Positions 38,040-51,155 of a stretch of 64,000 nt of DNA are shown one piece after another. Source of the stretch: Octopus sinensis (Eukaryota). Position 1 is the stretch's first letter. Each line of letters starts with the position of its first letter. Below the pieces are notes generated by a model that searched no databases, was not told the DNA's origin, and was given only the letters and a program-made list of their open reading frames with translations. The stretch covers positions 106,392,001 to 106,456,000 of the forward strand of contig NC_043002.1 of NCBI RefSeq assembly GCF_006345805.1. Direction: 5' to 3'. The translations under genes and the position numbers were made by a program.

Positions 38040-39950
38040 AAAGGGGAAGACTACGTTTCTAAAATGAATCTTTTATCATGAAGGCAACGACGCAAAATTT
38101 CACTTCTTGAACTGAGAAGAGTTCTGAATTGTGTGAATTTTTTTAGGATTATTCTCATCTTGGCCATGCAAAGCTTGCACGAACTCCATTCGTTCAGGTG
38201 TAACCCAGTTTGTTCCAGCAGATTCCAGTTGACTCTGTATGGGTTTCCTTCCTCTTTAATTGCCACATATAGCTGGCTGATGCTATAACTTTGCATCTCT
38301 CTTGTATCCTAAAACAGAGCCTGTGATTAATTATCCTGGCCTCAAATGAGCCCTTCGACGCCACAATATATTTCTGTATGTGCGTTCCTTGGTTGCTGCT
38401 GTTGTTACTGTTGTTGGACACCACCACCTCCACTTTGTAGACCACGACAGCAACCATTCACCGGGCACACGCTGCTAAGTCTACCTGAGCATCTTGCCTC
38501 CGTGCAGGTATTTGGGGCGTCAATAATATCTTTTCGACACTAGGCGCATAGCTGAACGAGCGCTTAAGTTATGTCTGTTGAATAATCTCCTGTGCCTGTG
38601 AGACTGTGAAATGCTTATTTACTGATCCGAGGAAAGCCCTTCTCATGCAGGTTTTCCCATGAAGGGCGGAGCAAATCAGAGGCCTTTACGGCTGCGTTTT
38701 CTCTCGCCAGGCATATAGATGATGCGTTCCTTAAACCCTCTGGCGGCAAGAGCCTCCTTCTAATGGAGGTGGAGTGAAGCGCTGCAGCAAAAACGTCTTC
38801 ATTTGAAGATAGGTTCGAAATCCTCTTACTGACACCCTTTACCTGTTTTTTAAAGACCATAGATGGGTGGCAAGAAGCGGGGCTGATATACGACAGCCTT
38901 TCCTTAGGTTTGCAGTAGGGCCTGTATGAACCGTTGTCCAAATCGAGCATGACATTCAAGAAATTTACTATGGCAGAGTTGGTCTCATTGATAGCCTTAA
39001 ATCAAAGAGAGTTAAGGGTGTGAATCAGGTCTTTGCCAATCCTGTCCAGGGTGTACCTGTTCGCGCCTATAGAGGTGGGTAAAGCGGGTTGACGTAATTT
39101 CTCGCTTCAGGTGTCAAATATAAATAATCCAATGCGGTTGCAGATATCCGCTTTGTCAAATGCTTCCATCGCTACATCGAACGAACCTTCTGGGTCAGTT
39201 CGTTTAACCCAGGCCGAACCTTTGCCAAACAGCAGGGTTTTTTTCTGGTGTGCATTATAACCTCTACATCCCTATCACTAACATACAGTAAACGCCGCAG
39301 CAAAAATAAGTGCCCTTTCTAATAACGCTTTTGGTATAGATGAATAAAAGTTCACTTTATCGAACAGGGAGAACCTTACTGCTCTGCCTTAAACCACGAA
39401 ATTATTTCATTGGTGTCATACCATAAAGAGAGACACGATGCCTTCCTTATGTCCTCGTTTACTTCCCGCAACATATGCTTCATCACCAACACAATTTCCG
39501 ATTTAGCTGGATTAATCAAGCGCCACTTGGTATTGGAAGTGAAGTTCGGCTTATGAACCTTGATGATAATAAAGTGATTTCTCTCAACTAAGGCTTCTTT
39601 TCCCCCTACTATATCAAAAACGCCAGCTAGTTGTTTTGCCTCGTTCTTTATGTTATCGTATGTGTGATGGGAAACCCATCTATAGTTTTATCGTATAATA
39701 CCGGTATCTACTCTATATCTACATAGGCTGTTTTCTATTATCTCAGAAAAGTATCTGAATCCTTAAGAAAACATATCTGAAGTAAGTTTGCGCTGAAAAT
39801 GTTTAGGGAACTGACGGAATTTCTGTTTGAAGAAGATACCCTGTAAGTCTGATTCGAAGGTACCCAGTTTTTTTATTTTAGGTGGTACCTTCTAGATTTG
39901 ATGTAACCCTTCTAAAAAGGAATGTCACTTTATCTTCCTCACTCTAAGTC
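38040..39950 (-). mobile_element. Near-complete but decayed PLE (RT + C-terminal GIY-YIG), same clade as 24325-25865
   Basis: Minus strand in order: FIIIKVHKPNF..RLINPAKSEI, NFYSSIPKALL, FDVAMEAFDKADIC, LDLDNGSYRPY..SCHP, KYIVASKGSFEAR, CKLCMAK..LLSSRSEILRRCLH. Confidence 0.8.
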
Positions 39951-40264
39951 CACTCTCAAACTTTCTTGTCACTTTCATACTGGACTTATATGTATTTATA
40001 AACACTGCTCACAATTAAGTGATTTACCAGTGTCTTCTGATGAGAACAACATGATTTCGCATCACAGTTCTCTCAAATTCCGTGCTAGTCCACGTACATA
40101 CAAAATTATTGGATCTTTTGGCATAATATACATGATTATACAACCAGGCATTTTTTGTTCGAAACAGCTGTAAAGATAAGACTTGATTTGACCAATGCAA
40201 CTTTCCATATCATTACACTCCTTATGTTTATCCGTCTCTTTTTGTTCATTTGTCTTCTTTACTT

Positions 40265-40321
<57 letters not shown>

Positions 40322-41082
40322 TACATAATGGTTAAAGTGAACGCTTCACCATTATGAAGTTTAGGGTTCAATTCTGCTCTTCGACGTCTTCACCATTTGT
40401 CTTTTACAAATACCACAAGGCACTACAAGAGTTGTGCATAAGATTCTATAAATGTGGAGCGTACGTACGTGCGCATTTATATTTATATATATAAATTCAA
40501 AATGGGACAAGAACGCAAGAATATAATATTTTGAATGACACAACAATGCGCTATAATACAAACAATGGACTAAAATAATAACTGTTGTAATTTAATCATC
40601 CATAGTCTGATATGATATTTCGTAATAAAATTCCTTCTGATATCCTTAGGAATTGATGGAATCGCTGTTGTAATCGGTTTTCCAACAGCTTTGCTTTATT
40701 TTTTCGGAAGCGTCTCAGTAGTGGTTTCGTGAAGCTCCTTCCGGAATTCCTTATGAGAAGTGCGTGAGGTCGGCCATCTCTCAATCTCGTGTGTGTTGGT
40801 ACATCCGTAACGTTGCTTCTAAGTTATGTGTTATACATGCAGCTTCCCTTTTTATCCCTTCTCTTTTTTTTCCTCTTATTTTTTTTTGTTATAAACAATA
40901 CATGAGCATGTTATCAAAAATGAACCTGGACGCATCCAGATGTAGCTAAATAATATATTGATTACCAACCTCCAGTCTGTTGTTAATTTGAAGCCCTAGT
41001 CTGTGTGTGAGTATAGCTTCCTTAATTCTTAAATTGCCCAAATTTCTTTCATTAGCCTCAATTGTGACTGATCAACAGAAGA

Positions 41083-41468
41083 GGGCCACTCATTCTTCAT
41101 GACAATGCTCAACCACACGTTTCACTAATGATGCTCCAGAAGTGGAGGCAACTTGGATACGTAATTCTTCTCCACCCAACTTATTTCCCAAACCTTTCTC
41201 CTACCGACTACCACTTTTCCAATCACCTTGATAGTTTCCTGCGAGAGAAGGAGTTCAAAAATGAAACCGATGCTAAAAGTGCGTACAAAGAATTCATCAG
41301 CTTCATAGCTACAGATTTTTATGTTATTTTAACAAACTTTTAACTCGTTGGCAAAAATGTGCTGATTGTAATGATACTTACTTTGGTGAATAAAATTTCC
41401 GCATTGTTGAAATATACTGTGATGAATTTCATGTTTCAAAACGTTGCTTACGCTTTACTCAGCCTGAT
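41083..41468 (+). mobile_element. Mariner 3' fragment
   Basis: LILHDNAQPH..LLHPTYFPNLSPTDYHF..RWQKC. Confidence 0.8.
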
Positions 41469-41579
41469 ATATAGAAATAATTAAGATTCAGTTGAATTAG
41501 GTACTTAAGTTGAGGCACCAAGTCAGTCCGGTATTATCCGCACAGCTCGAAGTAAGGTGAATGAAAATCAAATAAGTAG

Positions 41580-42183
41580 CAAGGATTAATGCAATATGGC
41601 CGTTTCAGGCGGCTCCATTTAATCGACCAATGCAAGCATTACATCAATTTGAAATACAGAACCATCTTCAGTTGTAAAAAATACAGATTTCCAACAGAGA
41701 GGATATTCTATTATAATATTTCATCAGAGCTAGAGAACGAAAGAATTCCATGCTGACACTGTTGTAGCAGAAATAAACTAAGAGAGAAAACAACTACAAT
41801 TTTGAAGTGGCAGAAGTAGATCAGAGTGGGGGTCATGAGATCGTAATTCATTTCCAATTTTTATCTATCTCCTTATCATCATCAAAAGATCTAGAGCAGC
41901 TGGTACATTGCATTTATTGAGAATTAAGACCACAGTTCAGATCAAGCTGCCGGTCATAAATAAATATTATTAGATGTTCTCCCAAACCTTAATTCCCTAT
42001 GGCTATAAAATCCCTTGACCACATAAAGAAGCAAATCTCAGAAGGAGTCAATTAGATAGTGATAAATGCCCAGAAAAAGAAGCTGTGTAGGAGTGTCAGT
42101 TAAAGGGGACTACACTAGACAACAGGACGCTACAATGAGATCTAGAAAGAGATCTGAAACGGCTGTATTGCATTAATACCTTG
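41580..42183. repeat. Segment bounded by ~30-bp inverted repeats carrying hammerhead 3' halves
   Basis: 41585-41608 vs 42154-42177 match 22/24 as inverted repeats, extendable with one indel. Confidence 0.7.
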
Positions 42184-42233
42184 AGATTCTTGTTACTTAT
42201 TTGATTTTTTATATATATGCACATATGTGTATA

Positions 42234-42524
42234 GTGAAGGCAATGGCCTAGTGGTTAGAGCAGCGGACTCGCGGTCGAGGGAACGCGGGTTCGAATCTCA
42301 GACTGGGCGATGTGTGTGTTTATGAGCGAAACACTTAAGCTCCACGCGGCTCCTCCAGAAGGTAGTGGCGAAACTTCTGCTGACTCTTTCGCCACAACTT
42401 TCTCTCACTCTTTCTTCCTGCATCTTGCAGCTCACCTGCGACGGACCGGCGTACCGTCCAAGGAAACCGGGAAACCGGCCTTTATGAGCCAGGCGTGGCT
42501 TGAGAAGGAACAAACAACAACAAA
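42234..42524 (+). mobile_element. tRNA-derived SINE family 2
   Basis: A box TGGCCTAGTGG and B box GGTTCGAATC; (CAA)n tail. Confidence 0.85.
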
Positions 42525-42624
42525 CATATGTATATATGTGTACGTATGTATGTACGTATATATATATGTAAACCAATTATACATACATACCTACGTACAC
42601 CCAAACTCACACATACATAAACCT

Positions 42625-42892
42625 GTCAGCTCTTTGAATTACTAGGTGGTTGAGTATTCCAGAGTTACGTGTACACAAACGAACACCTCAGTCAGATTAA
42701 GCGTGATTCATTGAATTGCAAGTTTAGCTCGTTGAATTTCATTTTCCAACCCCCATACGGCTTCTATTTCCCCAATTTCCCCCACAGGGATTAAATCAAC
42801 TATGATAAAAAGTCAGTTATCTACGTAGAAGGATCGAAACTTGGACCTCACCATTGCAAGAAGAACGTGTTAACCATGCGGCCAGACCATGC
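42625..42892 (-). mobile_element. tRNA-derived SINE (third family), diverged
   Basis: Minus strand head TGGCCGCATGGTTAACAC..GTTTCGATCC. Confidence 0.5.
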
Positions 42893-42970
42893 GAACACAT
42901 TGGCATTCAGTAACATTCAGTCGCACTTATCCACTTAGATATACACACACACACACACAAACGCACGCAT

Positions 42971-43050
<80 letters not shown>

Positions 43051-43070
43051 GCACACACATGCACACGCAC

Positions 43071-43378
43071 TCAGCTAGTATAACACTGGCACGCACACAC
43101 ACACATGCACAGTCACCGAGTATAACACTGGCACGCACACACACGCACACACACACATACACACACACGTACGCACACGCAAACGCAGTCAGCTAGTATA
43201 ACACTGACACACACACACACGTACGCACACGCACAGAGTCAGCTAGTATAACACACGCACTCACACACACACACGCACACACACGTACGCACACGCAGTC
43301 AGCTAGTAAGACACTCGCACTCACACACACACACACACACACACACACGTACGCACACGCACAGAGTCAGCTAGTATA

Positions 43379-43411
<33 letters not shown>

Positions 43412-43496
43412 AGTACGCACACGCACAGAGTCAGCTAGTAAAACACTCGCACTCACACACACACACACACACACACACGCACAGTCAGCTAGTATA

Positions 43497-43530
<34 letters not shown>

Positions 43531-43802
43531 GTACGCAAACGCACAGAGTCAGCTAGTAAAACACTCGCACTCACACACACCACACACACACGTACGCAAA
43601 CGCACAGAGTCAGCTAGTATAACACTCGCACTCACACACACACACCACCACACACACGCACAGTCAGCTAGTATAACACTCGCACTCACACACACACACA
43701 CACACACGTACGCACACGCAGTCAGCTAGTAAAATACTCGCACTCACACACACACACACACGTACACACACGCACAGAGTCAGCTAGTATAACACTCGCA
43801 CT

Positions 43803-43834
<32 letters not shown>

Positions 43835-44265
43835 GTCAGCTAGTATAACACTCGCACTCACACACACACACACACACACACGCACAGAGTCAGCTAGTAT
43901 AACACTCGCACTCACTCACACACACACACACACAGTCAGCTAGTATAACACTCGCACTTACACACACACACACACACACACACACGTACGCAAACGCACA
44001 GAGTCAGCTAGTGTAACACTCGCACTCACACACACACACACACACACACGCACAGTCAGCTAGTATAACACTCGCACTTACACACACACACACACACACA
44101 CACACGTACGCAAACGCACAGAGTCAGCTAGTGTAACACTCGCACTCACTCACACACACACACACACACACACAGTCAGCTAGTATAACACTCGCACTTA
44201 CACACACACACACACACACACACACGTACGCAAACGCACAGAGTCAGCTAGTATAACACTCGCAC

Positions 44266-44308
<43 letters not shown>

Positions 44309-44333
44309 GTTAGCTAGTATAACACTCGCACTT

Positions 44334-44366
<33 letters not shown>

Positions 44367-44635
44367 GAGTCAGCTAGTATAACACTCGCATTCACTCACA
44401 CACACACACACACACACGTACGCACACGCAGTCAGCTAGTAAAATACTCGCACTCACACACACACACACACACACACGTACGCACACGCACAGAGTCAGC
44501 TAGTATAACACACGCACTCACACACACCCACACGCACACACACGTACGCACACGCAGTCAGCTAGTAAGACACTCGCACTCACACACACACACACACACA
44601 CACACGTACGCACACGCACAGAGTCAGCTAGTATA

Positions 44636-44667
<32 letters not shown>

Positions 44668-44749
44668 GTACGCACACGCACAGAGTCAGCTAGTAAAACA
44701 CTCGCACTCACACACACACACACACACACACGCACAGTCAGCTAGTATA

Positions 44750-44781
<32 letters not shown>

Positions 44782-44886
44782 GTACGCAAACGCACAGAGT
44801 CAGCTAGTAAAACACTCGCACTCACACACACACACACACACACACGTACGCAAACGCACAGAGTCAGCTAGTATAACACTCGCACT

Positions 44887-44918
<32 letters not shown>

Positions 44919-45033
44919 GTCAGCTAGTATAACACTCGCACTCACACACACACACACACACACGTACGCACACGCAGTCAGCTAGTAAAATACTCGCACT
45001 CACAACACCCACAACACGTACACACACGCACAG
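43071..45033. repeat. Minisatellite: about 33 units of core GTCAGCTAGTATAACACTCGCAC spaced by (CA)n
   Basis: Units of about 45-70 bp counted by eye; variant order recurs with a ~1.26-kb (21-unit) period; truncated by the assembly gap. Confidence 0.92.
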
Positions 45034-45133
45034 NNNNNNNNNNNNNNNNNNNNNNNNNNNNNNNNNNNNNNNNNNNNNNNNNNNNNNNNNNNNNNNNNNN
45101 NNNNNNNNNNNNNNNNNNNNNNNNNNNNNNNNN
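45034..45133. other. Assembly gap (100 N)
   Basis: Run of N. Confidence 1.
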
Positions 45134-45474
45134 CACACATACACACACATAGCCAGTTGGTATATCCTGTTGCATAAAATGATGGGAACATACATAACCA
45201 TATAAAAATACATATATATATGTACACATACACACAAAATCATATATATGCATACATACATACATACACACATACATACATATATACATACATATACATA
45301 CAGTGCTACATATACACGCACATAACCCGGAGATAAATACTTCATCAAACATGTCAAATCTGATGACAGCTTTGTCTAACGTGAAACGTGCTCCGTGTTT
45401 TCTCACATAAAGCTGTGTCTAAGGCGTGTGTGCAGATGTATATGTTTTATTTTGCACGTGTATACCTAAATATA

Positions 45475-45940
45475 TGCATGAGTATGTATGTATGTATGTA
45501 TGTATGTATGTATGTATGCATGTATGTATGTATATATGTATGCATGTATGTATGTATGTATGCATGTATGTATGCATGTATGTATGTATGTATGTATGTA
45601 TGTATGCATGTATGTATGCATGTATGTATGTATGCATGTATGTATGCATGTATGTATGTATGCATGTATGTATGTATGTATGTATGTATGTATGTATATA
45701 TGTATGCATGTATGTATGTATGTATGCATGTATGTATGCATGTATGTATGTATGCATGTATGTATGCATGTATGTATGTATGCATGTATGCATGTATGTA
45801 TGTATGTATGCATGTATGTATGCATGTATGTATGTATGCATGTCTATGTATGCATGTATGTATGTATGTATGTATGTATGTATGTATGTATGTATGTATG
45901 TATATATGTATGTATGGATGTATGTGTGTGTGTGTGTATG
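45475..45940. repeat. (TATG)n/(CATG) array
   Basis: Directly visible. Confidence 0.95.
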
Positions 45941-46010
45941 CATGTAGAAAAAGATGTATGAGAACATCATATATATATACATGTCTCTGTACGTGTGTGC
46001 GTGTGTGTGT

Positions 46011-46394
46011 GTGGAGGCACAATGGCCCAGTGGTTAGGGCAGCGGACTCACGGTCGTGGAATCGCGGTTTCGACTCCCAGACCAGGCGTTGAGAGTGTTT
46101 ATTGGGCAAAAACACATAAAGCTCCACGAGGCTCCGACAGGGGTGGTGGCGAACCCTGCTGTACTCTTTCACCACAACTTTCTCTCGCTCTTTCTTCTTG
46201 TTTCTGTTGTACCTGTATTTCAAAGGGCTAGCCTTGTTGCACACTGTGTCACGCTGAATCTCCCCGAGAACTACGTGAAGGGTACATGTGTCTATGGAGT
46301 ACTCAGCCACTTGCAGTTAATTTCACGAGCTGGGTGTTCCGTTGATCGGATCAACTGGAACCTTCGTCGTCGTAACCGACGGAGTATCACGACG
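46011..46394 (+). mobile_element. tRNA-derived SINE, family 2-related subfamily
   Basis: A box TGGCCCAGTGG and B-like GGTTTCGACTC; shares its first ~190 bp with 42234-42524. A fragment of its body lies inverted near 10570-10670. Confidence 0.82.
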
Positions 46395-46431
<37 letters not shown>

Positions 46432-46504
46432 ATATATAATATATATTATATATATATATGCACATACACACACATCGATAGGTAGAGAAATAAGTTTGGA
46501 TATA

Positions 46505-46558
<54 letters not shown>

Positions 46559-47008
46559 CGTGCGTGAGTAATTAGTGAGATTGCTCAGTACAAATGAAAA
46601 ATATTAAGTTTAGTGTGATTAATTAATTCGAACCCTCAAGCAATTCTTTCTTTTTTTTTATTATTCTTTGTTAATTGCTTATTTGCGTGTATTTGATATT
46701 TCCGGCTTTTTCCGTAGACAATCGACAAATCGTGCTTTATAATCTTGACACAGCTTATTAAATCTTTCTCAATGCTGTTAATGATGCCTCCATTACACGC
46801 GGCTGAACAAATGACTGTCAGATATAATATATCAACCGGAGACTGGGTTGTGACGATAGCTATTTTTATTTATACATAATTAGTCTTTGTTTCATGATTT
46901 CTTCCCGTTTTAGTTAATTAATCGCTCTAAATTTAACATGGTTATTTCTTTTTTTTTTTTTTTTGAGCCTACATGCTAATTTGTTTTGTGTGATAAAAGA
47001 ATTTGCAG

Positions 47009-47068
47009 GATGACTACGAAACGTTGGTTCAGTTCTCGTTATATGATATTCGCTCACATCTCTACAAG
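47009..47068 (+). CDS. Candidate isolated 60-nt internal exon (DDYETLVQFSLYDIRSHLYK) of an unidentified gene
   Basis: Poly-T tract, CTAAT branch point about 30 nt upstream, TTTGCAG acceptor, AAG|GTATTT donor, open phase-0 frame. Protein not recognised. Confidence 0.35.
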
Positions 47069-47999
47069 GTATTTTATTAGTTCTAATAAAACAGAACTTA
47101 TTGAAAAGAATGGGCGGAAATCACTAAAGAAAGTTGTTAAAGGATTTGTTGGAACCAGAGATTATTCGATGCTCAGGAGCCTTGGACAAGCTGTAAAGGA
47201 GAAACTAAATGTTGCCTAAAAATTATCAGAAACCGCAGAGGCAGCAAGTCATTGCATCTGGCTGAAGAGAAGGTTGATTGATGCAGCAAAAAAAAAGCGT
47301 TGAGGATAGTAGAAACATCTGGCCCAGAGTGGTAAAATTTAGTTCAATAAAGCTCGTTCTGTTATGCGTGAGTTTTGACACTTGCATCGGCGGGTGGCTC
47401 CGAGTAGCTCTGGTGTCACGGTGGAATGGAGTACAACGCCTAAAGAGCTGCTTTACTTCCTGATGAGACGTCGACTTCTGCACTGGGGGACGGGATACAG
47501 CAGCGCCCTCTGCACACACCCGTTTACTTTAAATGTGACTGGAAACTTCTAGTAACCGCCTTCATTTTATAAAACATTCGTAACTGTCTATTTACTATTT
47601 CCATCTTATTCTGTACAGCATTGACTATTCGTGCTGCATATAAACAGCCCTGCATACCTCATTAACCCTATACTTTTAGGGGTGGTGAAGCCTTCATTAA
47701 ACGCTGTGCGTGTTGTGAAAAAAGACGAAACGAACTGGGTTTATATCAAGAATTATGTCCCTTGGTACCAAATGTCCTCTACGATTCTGTAAGACTTCAA
47801 GAGTTTTCTGGAAACGTGTGTAAGAGTAAGGGGTTGGTATTTGTGTAGAATCAGAATGTGTGCAGTGATATCATATTCAATTGCAATAGAAAAATATGGA
47901 CTATGCTTAACTGAGAACCATATTAAAGAACTCAGCACCCAAATCTCTATCTAAATTGCTGAAGTGAGACTTTTAGTTCTTGCCCCCTAACACTTACGC

Positions 48000-48912
48000 A
48001 TATTTTACTCGGAAAAGCTTTCTCTCCCTCGACTTGGACGACCAAGTTATTTCAATATGAACGTCTGAAAATCCTAGTAGTGGAAAATCCAAAGCAAACA
48101 ACCCGAGAGTTAGCAAAATTGTTCAAGTCACATTTCGATCACAAAACACTTTCATGAAAGAGAAAAAGTGGCTAAACATGGTTAATGGGTCCCTCGTCAT
48201 CTAACTGCTTCTTACTTTAATCAAACAGTTTCTCTCTCCTCGTCATTGAAGAATAGATTTGCTGCCGAACTTTTCATAAGTGATGAAATATGGTTTCACT
48301 GTAATCGTATTCAACGGAAACGATAATGGTTAGCGCCCAATGAAAAAAGAAAATCAATTCCAAAACCAGGACCCACAAAAGAGTTATGCTCTGCATTTGA
48401 TGGGATATGATGGGTGTCGTCTGTTTAACACTATGACGTGTTAAAATGAAACAAAACATTTAATGCGGAGAAGTATTGTCGTCAATTAGAAGCCATTGCA
48501 CAAATGTTTGCAGAAAAAGTGTCCGTCGTTAGTCGGCCGTAAAAGGTGTTGGTCTTAGATGATAATGCAAAACCATACATTGCCCAGTCACTTGAAAAAA
48601 AGTTACAGCACTAAATGTGGAAGTTTCGCTTCATTCTCCTAACTCTCCCGACCTTGTTCTATTTGACTGTCATCTTTTCAGTTCTTTGCAACATTATTTA
48701 AAAGGAAAACTTCATTAATTGAAAAAGCTGAGATATTAAATATTTTATTGAATGCTTCTTTGCTTCGAGACCTGAAGAACTTACCTCCGGGGACGGGGTC
48801 AACAATTAGGCAAATGAAATATTTGCTTGATTAAATATATCAATTTAGTCTTTTAAAAAGCTTCTGTTTCTTTGCCATTTTGAAATGCGAGGGGACTTTC
48901 TTTCCAACATAA
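48000..48912 (+). mobile_element. Decayed mariner lacking its left end
   Basis: GRPS..ENPKQTTRELA..WVP..DNAKPH..HSPNSPDL; TIR-like right end CGAGGGGACTTTCTTTCCAACATAA. Confidence 0.7.
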
Positions 48913-49309
48913 TTTTTGGGACTATGACATTAACTCTATACTTTGAGAAAAAATTAAACAAACGGAAAGATCCAATGTCTGATAAACGGTACAAAGAAAA
49001 TAAGTATGAGCGTGCCTTGTATCAAGTTCCAGTTATATAGAACTTTCTGTTGCGAGAACTCAATACCTCTCACCAGGCAGAGTTTAAAAGACAGTCTCCC
49101 TCTGTAACCACCAATGTATGGCTAATAGTTACGTGGGAGGAATGTAAACTAACCGGAACGGAAGAGTATACCAAAAGTATTTATTTATATCCAACCGGAT
49201 GAAAATATCTTTCATGGAAAACTACCTCAGAGTGCACATAGTGCAATTAACTTCCTAGAACTAGATATATTTACTAACAAAATACATTCATACTGCACAT
49301 AATAGATCG

Positions 49310-51090
49310 TAGGAGGATTGTCCGGAAAGTAATGGACAAGTGGGTATCACTTCTTTATTAACTAGCATGAGTCGTTCAAATTGAAAATGTTGGTAGAGTA
49401 ACTCTTCTTCTTTAACAACTCTTCTTGTCCTTCATCGCAGGCATATAACAGGTTCCAAACAGAAGCAACATGTCATCATTGGGTTCTTAACGATTCTCCA
49501 ACATCCGCAGAAAGTTATGGGCTGTTTACGAAGATGACATCATTGACAATAGCAATGTTCACTGAGGGATGAATAAAATTTAAAGCACGAGAGAGCAGCA
49601 TTAAAGACAATCCATGACAGACCATCAACTGTGACCATTGGCATGAATCATCAACGAGTGGACCAAGTGATTCGCGGGGACAAAAGAATCACAACCCGTG
49701 AGCTAGTGGCACGATTGGGCTGGGGTTGTTCTGCATTACAAAAGATGGTGGAAATCTTTGAGTATTGGGAGATGTGTACAAAGGGAATACTACGGGAGTT
49801 TACAACGGATTTGGAGAAGAGAAAGCAAGAAGTATGCTCTGATATGCTGCAAGCGTTGGACGCCAATGAAGATTCGTTTTTTTCGATCTTGTGACAAGAG
49901 ATTGAAACGTGAGCAGTGGTGGCTCGTGTATAGGAACTGCGGAACTGCAGTACTCCTTACTTCCACTCGATATTATCGATAACATTCTATATAGTGAGTA
50001 TGAGTCCTTTTTTCTTTAATTCTTTCTTTATACCTGTACATTATATAATACTTAAACTTAATGTCAGTAGCCATCCCCTAGTTTATGAAAAAATGCGAAA
50101 ACCCTTGTATAGAACTGTGCGCTTTACAGTTCCAGCTACGCGGTGTTTGGTTGCTGTGCGCAAGCTCACATGTCCGAGATAGGAAGCTTCACGTTAGAGA
50201 AAGAGAGCACTGTTGTGTGCTGGTGAAAAGTAGTGTTTTTTTTTTAATCAGCGTGGGTTGTGCTTAAAAACATGTTTATATTATTGAATGTGATAAAGTG
50301 TAGTATTAGATTATTATCCTGCTTCCAGCTAGTGTTGCTTCTGAGATTTCGAAAATAGGGCAAATTTCTCTCTCTTATTTTGTGATTTAAGGAGGATTAT
50401 TGAAAAACAAAGGGGAATTCGCGGCGGTGTTCAGTGAACAAATTAAACACACTACCCGTCAGTGACTAAAACGCAAACCTTTTACACAATATTAAAACAA
50501 CGGCTAAACATTTTCTGAAGCAGCACCCATCCCTAATTTTATCTACGAGCCGCCACTGAACGTGAGCATATCTTCATGATCCGGAAACCAAAACTCAGTC
50601 CATGAAATGGTACCGCACTTCTTCTTCAAAGTCCAAGAAATTCGAAAACCAACGATCGGCACAGAAAATCAAGACAATTGTTTTAGGGAATGACGAGGGC
50701 GTTATTCTCCTTGAATTACCGTGGATAACGAGGTATTCGCTTAGAAAAGCCATTAAGAAGAAGAAACCGAACATGAATCTGAAAATGATCCATTTTCACC
50801 ACGACTATGCACAATCACACACATCTTCGACAAGTCAGGCAATCGGCGAGTTGAATTGGTTAATGGTACACCGAAGAGCCCGGATCTCCAGCTCCCCGAC
50901 TACCACCTGTTGAGCCAATAAGGACAATTTTCGGAGACAATGATTTGATGGCGCAGGCGCGATGAAAGTGATTCTGGATAAGTGCGTTCGAGAATGCACA
51001 CCTAAAAATTTTCAAAGAGATTTCGATAGCTAGGTTCAGCGATGACGCAATTGCAAGGCCTGCGACAGAGATTATGCTGAGTGGTAGTTT
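49310..51090 (+). mobile_element. Decayed mariner split by a hAT MITE
   Basis: RPST..RVDQVIRGDKRITTREL..; removing the insert rebuilds VTRDET*AYLHDPETK (consensus VTGDETWxxxxDPETK), then QSMKW..HHDYAQSH. Confidence 0.78.
49914..50558. mobile_element. Non-autonomous hAT element (645 bp)
   Basis: TIRs CAGTGG(T/C)GGCTCGT; perfect 8-bp TSD AACGTGAG at 49906-49913 and 50559-50566. Confidence 0.88.
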
Positions 51091-51155
51091 GTTGTATATT
51101 TGAAAACCATTCTACAGGGACTTCGAAGTTTCAGCCTACAATACATGCATATATA

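Noticed and set aside
40590-40800. CpG-containing block with short minus-strand ORFs
   Set aside because: No motif or consistent splice signals found.
42234-42305. tRNA-like sequences at SINE heads (also 46011, 17498, 21089)
   Set aside because: They continue into SINE bodies and lack a complete acceptor stem; not tRNA genes.
43071-45033. CRISPR-like repeat-spacer appearance
   Set aside because: Spacers are (CA)n rather than unique sequence, the context is eukaryotic, and there are no cas genes.
47459-47480. CTGATGAGACGTCGAC
   Set aside because: No GAAA and no stems I or III.
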